64,000 nucleotides of DNA from a virus, in IMG/VR virus record IMGVR_UViG_3300030107_005430, positions 1-64,000 of that record, one strand, 5' to 3'. The notes beneath the pieces are model-generated. The model did not search any database. It worked only from the letters and a program-made list of their open reading frames with translations, and was not told the origin of the DNA. Below, one piece after another: positions 9,435 through 16,746 of the stretch; the stretch's first letter is position 1, and each line of letters starts with the position of its first letter. Made by a program: the position numbers and the translations under genes.

Positions 9435-9469
9435 AATAAACTAAATAGTTTAAGATTAGGAGAAATCAA

Positions 9470-9889
9470 ATGGACATGAATCAATGGAAACGCTGGGCAA
9501 TAGAACAGCAAGAAAATAACTCAACAGAAATTCAAGATGCAAATCGAGAACTTCAAACGCAAGATGAAAATAAAACAACACTCGGTGAGGAAATATATAA
9601 ACTCATGAACGAAAACAACGAGTGTGGTTTACTTGACGATAGAAAAGATCGAACCATTGCAAAGCCTAACACGAAGGCTGGACAATCTCTTGCACCAAAC
9701 AGTGCAGTTTCAACCAAGGAAGAAACTGAACCTGTTAATGAGATTAAGGGATTGTACAACAAGGTTAGAAATGTTGCAAAGGCTGCAATAAATCGTCGAG
9801 ATGCAAAGATGCGTGAAGGTCTTCCCAAGGACACACCTTTGGTAAGAACAGGTCAGGGAACATCACAAGTAGATACTCCTGAAAAGTAA
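9470..9889 (+). CDS. Hypothetical protein
   Basis: CTAAATA and SD aggag upstream; EETEPVNE linker. Confidence 0.7.
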   Translation: MDMNQWKRWAIEQQENNSTEIQDANRELQTQDENKTTLGEEIYKLMNENNECGLLDDRKDRTIAKPNTKAGQSLAPNSAVSTKEETEPVNEIKGLYNKVRNVAKAAINRRDAKMREGLPKDTPLVRTGQGTSQVDTPEK

Positions 9890-9898
9890 AATTAATAT

Positions 9899-9926
9899 TT
9901 GACATTCTTATATAATGATTTATAAT
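9899..9926 (+). promoter_or_regulatory. sigma70-type early promoter TTGACA-N16-TATAAT
   Basis: Perfect hexamers; ATG 9933 lies 6 nt downstream. Confidence 0.75.
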
Positions 9927-9932
9927 ATGCAT

Positions 9933-10601
9933 ATGCGAAAAAAGTATACTCATGTCCCATTGAATGAAGAGATAATATCTCCCACCACTGAATACCAGAA
10001 TGGTGGGAGATATTATTGCATTGGGAATGAGAAGTATCCTAGTGTAACGACAGTGACTGGATGGGAAAAGAGAAACTTCTTTGCAAAGTGGCGAAGAGAA
10101 AATCCCCTAGAGTCGAAGAGAGTTTTGAGTAGAGGAAACAACCTACACGAAGCAATCGAAAAATATATAAACAACGAAGAAGATTTTCTGAATGGTTGTA
10201 ATGATAATGTCATAGATCTATTCAATCAAATGCAACCTATGCTTGATAACATCGACAATGTACACGCACAAGAAGTTGCTCTATGGAGTGGTCTTTTGAA
10301 ACTCGCCGGAAGAGTGGATTGTGTTGCAGAGTATAATGGTAAACTCAGCATCATAGACTTCAAGGGTTCTACGAATGCAAAGAGAGAAAAGCAAATAGAA
10401 AATTACTTTGCTCAAGCGTGTGCATACGCAATCATGTGGCAGGAAAGATTTAATAAACCAATTGAACAAGTAGTGATACTCATATCAAATGAAGATGGAA
10501 TTACACAAGAATTTGTGAGAGATTCTAAGAAGTATGTTCCTACCCTTAAGAAAATGATTGATTTGTACTGGGAGGAAAATACTCAACTGATAAATACCTA
10601 G
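9933..10601 (+). CDS. PD-(D/E)XK (Cas4/RecB-like) exonuclease of T4-like phages
   Basis: YPSVTTV, RGNNLHEAIE, AGRVDCVAE..IIDFKGS, YFAQACAYA. Confidence 0.88.
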   Translation: MRKKYTHVPLNEEIISPTTEYQNGGRYYCIGNEKYPSVTTVTGWEKRNFFAKWRRENPLESKRVLSRGNNLHEAIEKYINNEEDFLNGCNDNVIDLFNQMQPMLDNIDNVHAQEVALWSGLLKLAGRVDCVAEYNGKLSIIDFKGSTNAKREKQIENYFAQACAYAIMWQERFNKPIEQVVILISNEDGITQEFVRDSKKYVPTLKKMIDLYWEENTQLINT

Positions 10602-10607
10602 TAGGAG

Positions 10608-11816
10608 TTGAGTATGTTAGAATTCAACCATTATTTAACCGAAGCGAATACCCACCTTACCCATATAGAAGATCTAGTCTTCGAGGGGGGTGCAAGAGTC
10701 GAAGAGGCGATTGCATTCCTTGAAGAGTTACTTGATATGTTATCAGGTAACGCAAGCGGTAAAATAAACACTACTGTAAAGTGGGACGGCGCACCTGCAA
10801 TTGTGTGTGGAGTAAATCCAGAGAACGGTAAGTTTTTTGTAGGATCAAAAAGCGTATTCAATAAAACGCCAAAAATAAATTATACAAACGCAGATATTCG
10901 CAAGAATCACGGGACGAAAGGTGTTGCAAAGAAATTACAAGTAGCACTCAAGTATTTGCCTAAACTTGGTATTAAAGGAATATACCAAGGTGACATGATG
11001 TTTGGTCCCGGTGATGTAAAACGAAAATCAATCGAGGGTGTTAGTTATCTTACATTTGCACCCAATACAATTACATATGCAGTCCCGATTACAAGTATGC
11101 TTGGACGAAGAATTGCAAGTGCAAAGATGGGTATCATATTTCATACAGAATATACTGGTAGGAATATGAAGTCTCTATCTGCTTCGTTTTCCCCCAAGGT
11201 AAAGTCATTAAGAAAAACAAAAGATGTCTGGTTCGACGATGCAACATATCAAGACACCAGCGGTAACGCTACAATGACAGCGAATGAAACAAGTGCATTT
11301 GAACAGAAAATCACTTCAATAAAAAGAAAATTAAATACCATAAAAACCTTTTTAGATGAATTAAAGGGTGATAAGAAAATCATAGACAAGATAAATATTT
11401 TCGCTAATGCACAAATTCGTAAAGGTGAATCTAAACTAAGCGTCAAAGAGTTCATAAACTGGCTCGATGAAAAGATGCAAGGAGAAATAGATTCAATGAA
11501 ATCGGAGGCGGGCAAGGAACGAAAAGAATTATCAAGGAAAGAATTTATGGATTACATTCAATCCAAAAATAAACAAATGAGTTCTATGTTTTCGCTCCAC
11601 TCCGATCTTTCATCTGCAAAGATTTTTATCATACGAAAATTAGAATCAGTAAAAAACATGGACAGTTTTATTCAAACACCGAATGGATTCAAGGTGACAA
11701 AACCAGAAGGATTCGTTGCAGTCGATAAGATGACAGACAACGCAGTAAAACTAGTAGATAGACTTGAATTTAGTAGAGCAAATTTCAATGCTCCGAAGAA
11801 TTGGATAAAGGGATAA
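10608..11816 (+). CDS. DUF6267-like protein; putative ATP-dependent RNA-ligase-family nucleotidyltransferase with capsid-targeting leader
   Basis: MLEFNHYLTE; NTHLTHIED; TVKWDGAP (motif I KxDG); YQGD (III); PEGFV (IV); VKLVDR (V); GATAAATA upstream. Confidence 0.7.
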   Translation: MSMLEFNHYLTEANTHLTHIEDLVFEGGARVEEAIAFLEELLDMLSGNASGKINTTVKWDGAPAIVCGVNPENGKFFVGSKSVFNKTPKINYTNADIRKNHGTKGVAKKLQVALKYLPKLGIKGIYQGDMMFGPGDVKRKSIEGVSYLTFAPNTITYAVPITSMLGRRIASAKMGIIFHTEYTGRNMKSLSASFSPKVKSLRKTKDVWFDDATYQDTSGNATMTANETSAFEQKITSIKRKLNTIKTFLDELKGDKKIIDKINIFANAQIRKGESKLSVKEFINWLDEKMQGEIDSMKSEAGKERKELSRKEFMDYIQSKNKQMSSMFSLHSDLSSAKIFIIRKLESVKNMDSFIQTPNGFKVTKPEGFVAVDKMTDNAVKLVDRLEFSRANFNAPKNWIKG

Positions 11817-11818
11817 TT

Positions 11819-12181
11819 ATGATTAGGGAACATGTCAATCAAAGAAATACTCGAACATGGGCAATGATGAATGATAATTCCAAAAGCGAGTATAACAGAT
11901 CAAAATTTGTAGAACAACACGGTGGTGAATTTATACATAATTGGGATAAACACGGTGGAATATGGCTGTGGAGAGAAACTACTGAAAAAGCAGAAGAAAA
12001 CTCTTCCCAGAATAATAAAACCGAATATATATTAACGAATTCAAATGGTGAAGAATTTATAGTAGATAATGTGAGTAAGTTTTGCAGGAAAAATGAATTG
12101 AATAAATCAGCACTCTATGAAGTTTTAAAGGGAAATAGATCCCACCACAAAGGCTTCACTATGAGAAGAAAGGATAAGTAA
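11819..12181 (+). CDS. Hypothetical protein with C-terminal NUMOD/HTH-like DNA-binding module
   Basis: YILTNSNGEEFIVDNVSKFCRKNELNKSALYEVLKGNRSHHKGF resembles homing-endonuclease-associated modules. Confidence 0.6.
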   Translation: MIREHVNQRNTRTWAMMNDNSKSEYNRSKFVEQHGGEFIHNWDKHGGIWLWRETTEKAEENSSQNNKTEYILTNSNGEEFIVDNVSKFCRKNELNKSALYEVLKGNRSHHKGFTMRRKDK

Positions 12182-12182
12182 A

Positions 12183-12305
12183 ATGGAATTTTTTAGCAGT
12201 ACATTAGGAACTATATTTTATTCAGTAGTAGTATTTACAGCAGGAGCATTAATTGGAACGCCACTCTGGAAGTGGGTTTCTGGTAAACTTCCTTGGAATA
12301 AATGA
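12183..12305 (+). CDS. 40-aa single-pass membrane peptide
   Basis: Hand translation MEFFSSTLGTIFYSVVVFTAGALIGTPLWKWVSGKLPWNK; SD aagga; directly follows upstream stop. Confidence 0.65.
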   Translation: MEFFSSTLGTIFYSVVVFTAGALIGTPLWKWVSGKLPWNK

Positions 12306-12326
12306 TTTTGTAACTGCTTGACGGCC

Positions 12327-12415
12327 AAAAAACAATACTGGCTTTCAACAGAATTAAATCACTCAAACCGAAGGAGGTGATCCAAAAATTAAACGCACTG
12401 CTGAAAGCCAGTATT
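12327..12415. ncRNA. Candidate structured ncRNA carrying the 16S rRNA 3'-tail sequence (strand uncertain, minus favoured)
   Basis: Perfect 14-bp inverted repeat 12334-12347/12402-12415 enclosing AAGGAGGTGATCCA(A) at 12371-12385, the reverse complement of the 16S 3' end. Confidence 0.55.
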
Positions 12416-12417
12416 TA

Positions 12418-12453
12418 GTCGGGGGGAAGGAAACTTCCCTCCGATGTTTTTTT
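12418..12453 (+). terminator. Intrinsic terminator
   Basis: TCGGGGGGAAG-GAAA-CTTCCCTCCGA followed by TGTTTTTTT. Confidence 0.8.
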
Positions 12454-12490
12454 ATATATATTAGGTATGTATACTACAGGATTATTCTAA

Positions 12491-15400
12491 ATGAAGAAGA
12501 TTGTATTCACATTCGGTAGATTTAACCCACCAACAATCGGGCACAAACTTCTCGCTGATAAGGTGAAGAAGCAGGCTAAGAAATTGGGTGCAGAGTCTAG
12601 AGTATACGCATCCCCGTCATTTGATAAAAAGAAAAATCCATTATCATTTGAGCAGAAATTGAAAGTGATGAGAAAGGTTCTGCGGGGAACAAATTTGGCA
12701 ACCGATTCGAGTATACGAAATCCTTTCCATGCACTCAAACAATTAAGCGATCAGGGATATACTGATGTTACAATGGTAGTTGGTTCTGATCGTGTCGCCG
12801 AATTCAAGAGATTGATTTCAAGGTACATTGGTAAAGATTTCAACTTTGATAAATTTCAAGTTGTCTCTGCTGGTGAAAGAGATCCTGACGCAGAAGGTGT
12901 TTCTGGAATGTCTGCTTCGAAAATGAGAGCAGCGGCAGAGAGCGGAAACTTCTCCGCATTTCGTGTAGGTCTTCCTTCTACTGTTTCTGAAAGAGACGCA
13001 AAAAATATATTCAGCACCGTACAAAAAGGTATGGGTGTCAAACCATTCATTAAGGAATCTTGGTTCGACTATGATGAGTTCGTAGAGTTTGCAGAACAAT
13101 ATGAAGAGGAAAATGTTGAAGAAGGTAGGAGAATGTATAAGGCTAAGGTACAAAGATTTAAAGAGAGAGATAGCCTTTCGAGACAACATGCAATCGAAAA
13201 ATATAGATTGATGGCTACACACCAAAGAAGAAGAATGAAAGCAAGAGAAGCAGACATAAGGGCTGGTGACAATGCACTTGAAAGTGTTGAGTCGAATGAA
13301 AATGAACTCAATGAAATAACGATGCAAGCAAGAAGAAAAATGGCAAGAGCAGCAAAAAGAACTGCGAAGAAAAGAGCAAGAGTTCGTGCGATCAAACAAA
13401 AAAGAAGAAAAACCAGAGGGGAAATTGAAAAGAAAAGTCGAAAGGCTGCTCGCAATTTCTTCAAGAAGAAAATTATAAAATCCATGAAGTGGGAAAAGGT
13501 TCCCATTAAGCAAAGAGAGAATATTGAAAAGATTCTCGATAAAAAGAAAACCGCGATCAATAAACTCTCGAAGAGGATGATTCCAAAAATGCAAAAAGCA
13601 GAACAGGAAAGATTGAAAAGATTGAAATCAAAGATGACATCAAACAATCCACAAAAGGCTCAGGAAAGTTTCGATGATCAATTTGAGAGAATGTTAAATG
13701 AAGAACCCATTCGAAAAGCGATGAAAAAAGATCGTGAAATGAATAGAGGAACTGGTGCATCGAATCCGAAAGAGAAAGACGCTGCTCGTAAACGTGCAGA
13801 GAGAGATACTGCTGGTAAGAAAAAGGACGCAGTGGATCGTTCATGGGAAAAATCTAGCAATCCTTGGGATCATGTCATCATAGTCAAAGATGATCGTGAT
13901 GATTCATATAAATTAGAAATGGCAGATGATTTGAGTGTTGAACATCATGAGTTGATTGCGGGTCCATCCGTATCTCCAGATACAAAGAGTAAAGGTAAAG
14001 TTACTCTCTCTAAAGTTACTAATCTAATTAATAGGGGAGAACCATTTACCGAAACAAAAACATCCAAGAGACTATTGGATCATATGGATGATATGAAGAG
14101 TGAATTGGATAAAGTTTCTGGTGAGGAAGAACAACCGGAACAGCAGCAACAACCGGCGAGTCCTGAAGAGCAACAAGCGGCTGCTGAACAAGAACAGATG
14201 GAAATGGAACAGCAGGCTCAAGAAGAATTCGAAAAGGAATATTTTGTTGGTAAAGAAGGTGCTAGGATACCAAGATCACTCGATCCCAAGACTCTAACTA
14301 AACTTAGAAAAGAAGGACTCGGACAACAAAGAAATTTTGATCAAATTGAACTTCCACAAGCAAGAGTTCCAATCCCGAAAGACGAAGGAAAGCAATTGGA
14401 ATATGCTTTCACATATGTTGGACTTCAACGAAGTGGAATGTCTGAAGAAGACATCGAAGCAAGACTACAACATACTCCAGAATTGACAGCGTTTAATGAA
14501 GATAGTTTAGGTAGAGCAAAGGCTATGATCAAAGCAATGGGAGAATCTGGTTTTGATCCTTCACAAATAGCCGGTTGTGCATACAGCGGAGAACTTGGTA
14601 TTTCGGGCATCAAAGGCGGAGAGCCAAAAACTGATAATGTTATTCTCCTAGAGAAAGATGATCCTATGAATGACTGGGCATTCACCAAAGGTATGCTCGG
14701 TGTCAGTATGAAAAAGGACGGAGACATCCAAGCATCTTCCGCACAGGGACCAAGAGCAAGTTCTGATATGAAAATGGGTGTTCAGGATTCTATTCAGAAT
14801 GGAGAAATGAGCAATAAATTGTCCAAGTCTCTTTCTAAATTGTTAGAAGATGTTAGCAACATGCCAAGTAAAATAATCGCACCCAGAAATGTGGATAAAG
14901 CATTGTCTTCTCCTCAAAATTATACAGATAAAAAACAGGTAGGAAACCCAGAGTACCTAAAACCTGCTGTTCGAGATCTGTTTGTGAACGGAGATCCAAC
15001 ACAAGGAATTCGTGACGAAGTGAATGGTGAGATCTGGACTCAAAAATTAGGAAAACAAATAAGCAAAAAAATAGAGGAAGAGTTTAAAGCAAACCCAGAA
15101 ATGGCATCTAGAGTTCTGTTTGAACAATTAAGTGGTCAAAGTACATTCTCACAAGAAGGAACCGACAGCAGAGCAGCAGCAGATGTTATGGTTACACCCT
15201 ATGGTATGAAAAGAATAACTTTGGATTATTGTCAGAAACTTATTGAGACTGGTGCAATTAGCGTTCGTGTTTCCCAGAAGGGATCTGGTGGTGGACTCGG
15301 AAGAATGACATTAAGAGTCGATGTCAAGGGTGAAGCATCTGGATCTCCTGCAATCAAAAACGTAGCACAGTTCTTGACTGGTGTAGGAATCAATGAATGT

Positions 15401-16069
15401 GTAAACACCATGAGAAGATTCGTAACAGAATCAATGGATGAAACTGGCGTTGCAGACACCGATTTAGTTAGAAACGATCTACAGGACCATGTCGGTGATA
15501 TAGCATCATCACTGTTTATGAAAAATTATGATGTTTCATTAGAAGGTGATTTGTTCAAACCATTTGAAGAGGAACATGACAGTGGAGAATCCAATACTGT
15601 CACTATAGGTAAGAAAACATTTAATATCCCTGTAATGAAAATGGCAGATGATATCACCTATAAGAAGAAGAATTATAGTGACGACACACCAGAAACTCCT
15701 GCGGATCGAAACAGGATGACAGAGGGAAGAAACTATAGAAAAGAATACGAAAACTACCAAGGTACACCTAAACAAAGAGCAAATCGAAGCAAGAGAGTTC
15801 TTGCAAGAAGAAGATTGATGAACCTCGGAAGAGTAAAAAAAGGCGACGGTAAAGACGTTGATCATAAAAACGGAAACCCAAAAGATAACTCTGATGGAAA
15901 TTTAAGAGTAAGATCTGTACATGCAAATAGAAGCGACAATAAACAATCAGTACGAAAAGAAGAACACGGTGCAGGTGAACAGGGAACGAGTAAACTCTTA
16001 AGGAAGTATATGAAAGATACTCCATATGCAAAATTATACAATCTTGATAATGCAAAAGATAAAAAGTAA
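12491..16069 (+). CDS. Multidomain protein: HIGH-family cytidylyltransferase-like domain, basic helical modules, PD-(D/E)XK-like domain, C-terminal HNH-like domain
   Basis: FGRFNPPTIGH, VVGSDR, SAGERDPD, MSASKMR; EPKTD..GVSMKK; KDVDHKNGNPKDNSDGNLRV..ANRS. Confidence 0.8.
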   Translation: MKKIVFTFGRFNPPTIGHKLLADKVKKQAKKLGAESRVYASPSFDKKKNPLSFEQKLKVMRKVLRGTNLATDSSIRNPFHALKQLSDQGYTDVTMVVGSDRVAEFKRLISRYIGKDFNFDKFQVVSAGERDPDAEGVSGMSASKMRAAAESGNFSAFRVGLPSTVSERDAKNIFSTVQKGMGVKPFIKESWFDYDEFVEFAEQYEEENVEEGRRMYKAKVQRFKERDSLSRQHAIEKYRLMATHQRRRMKAREADIRAGDNALESVESNENELNEITMQARRKMARAAKRTAKKRARVRAIKQKRRKTRGEIEKKSRKAARNFFKKKIIKSMKWEKVPIKQRENIEKILDKKKTAINKLSKRMIPKMQKAEQERLKRLKSKMTSNNPQKAQESFDDQFERMLNEEPIRKAMKKDREMNRGTGASNPKEKDAARKRAERDTAGKKKDAVDRSWEKSSNPWDHVIIVKDDRDDSYKLEMADDLSVEHHELIAGPSVSPDTKSKGKVTLSKVTNLINRGEPFTETKTSKRLLDHMDDMKSELDKVSGEEEQPEQQQQPASPEEQQAAAEQEQMEMEQQAQEEFEKEYFVGKEGARIPRSLDPKTLTKLRKEGLGQQRNFDQIELPQARVPIPKDEGKQLEYAFTYVGLQRSGMSEEDIEARLQHTPELTAFNEDSLGRAKAMIKAMGESGFDPSQIAGCAYSGELGISGIKGGEPKTDNVILLEKDDPMNDWAFTKGMLGVSMKKDGDIQASSAQGPRASSDMKMGVQDSIQNGEMSNKLSKSLSKLLEDVSNMPSKIIAPRNVDKALSSPQNYTDKKQVGNPEYLKPAVRDLFVNGDPTQGIRDEVNGEIWTQKLGKQISKKIEEEFKANPEMASRVLFEQLSGQSTFSQEGTDSRAAADVMVTPYGMKRITLDYCQKLIETGAISVRVSQKGSGGGLGRMTLRVDVKGEASGSPAIKNVAQFLTGVGINECVNTMRRFVTESMDETGVADTDLVRNDLQDHVGDIASSLFMKNYDVSLEGDLFKPFEEEHDSGESNTVTIGKKTFNIPVMKMADDITYKKKNYSDDTPETPADRNRMTEGRNYRKEYENYQGTPKQRANRSKRVLARRRLMNLGRVKKGDGKDVDHKNGNPKDNSDGNLRVRSVHANRSDNKQSVRKEEHGAGEQGTSKLLRKYMKDTPYAKLYNLDNAKDKK

Positions 16070-16098
16070 TTTATTCATATCAAGATTGGGAGAATCTT

Positions 16099-16716
16099 AT
16101 GAACTTGGACATAATAGGTTGGTTTGAAGTGGGTGCGGCTGTTGCGGCTGTCATGGGAGGAATATTCTATTCCATTCATAGACGACACAAAAACCACAAG
16201 AAAAGAAAATTAGATAACTTCTGGAAGATTCACACAATTATACATGAATCTTTGACAGAACTAAGAGTACGAACAAATTGTGCAAGGGCTCAAATCGTTC
16301 AGTTTCACAATGGTGAATATTTTATGGATGGTGTTTCGATGAGAAAATTCTCATTAACTCATGAATCTGTAAATAAAGGTGTTTCGAGCGAAGCGGACAA
16401 ATTGCAAAATCTTCTTATATCTAGATTCATACCTCTAATAAATGTGTTGATGGAGGATAAATCTACGATATTATTTACAGATGAAGTGCAGGATGAAACT
16501 TGGAAATCATTTCTTATGTCTGGTAATGTTGTGGCGATGACAGTACTACCACTACACCATAAAGGTGATATAACCGGATATGTTATGTGCCAATGGTGCA
16601 ATTTAGAGAAATTAATAGAAGCGGATTCTGATAAAATAGCAGATGAATGTGTCTATGCAAGAAATCTACTTCAAATTAACCTCGCACAGCAATTGCGGGG
16701 TAAAGAAGGCTTATAA
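16099..16716 (+). CDS. N-terminal TM plus GAF-like domain protein (possible T4 holin T-like)
   Basis: One TM, then RAQIVQFHNG..THE..VLPL..GYVMCQW GAF-like pattern. Confidence 0.5.
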   Translation: MNLDIIGWFEVGAAVAAVMGGIFYSIHRRHKNHKKRKLDNFWKIHTIIHESLTELRVRTNCARAQIVQFHNGEYFMDGVSMRKFSLTHESVNKGVSSEADKLQNLLISRFIPLINVLMEDKSTILFTDEVQDETWKSFLMSGNVVAMTVLPLHHKGDITGYVMCQWCNLEKLIEADSDKIADECVYARNLLQINLAQQLRGKEGL

Positions 16717-16719
16717 ATA
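16712..16719 (+). promoter_or_regulatory. T4-type late promoter TATAAATA
   Basis: Exact match upstream of the 16747 gene. Confidence 0.65.
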
Positions 16720-16746
16720 ATACATATGTTATATTAGGAGTTTTAT

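Noticed and set aside
9933-10601. CRISPR-Cas locus (Cas4-like nuclease)
   Set aside because: No repeat-spacer array or other cas genes; stand-alone exonuclease typical of T4-like phages
12371-12385. 16S rRNA gene fragment or primer contamination
   Set aside because: The match stops at 14-15 nt, the flanks are not rRNA or the rest of the 1525R/1541R primer, and it is centred in a native inverted repeat
12818-13647. Long antisense ORFs (also 25053-25805, 8409-8894, 21544-22023 and others)
   Set aside because: Shadows of well-supported genes on the opposite strand with no recognisable motifs
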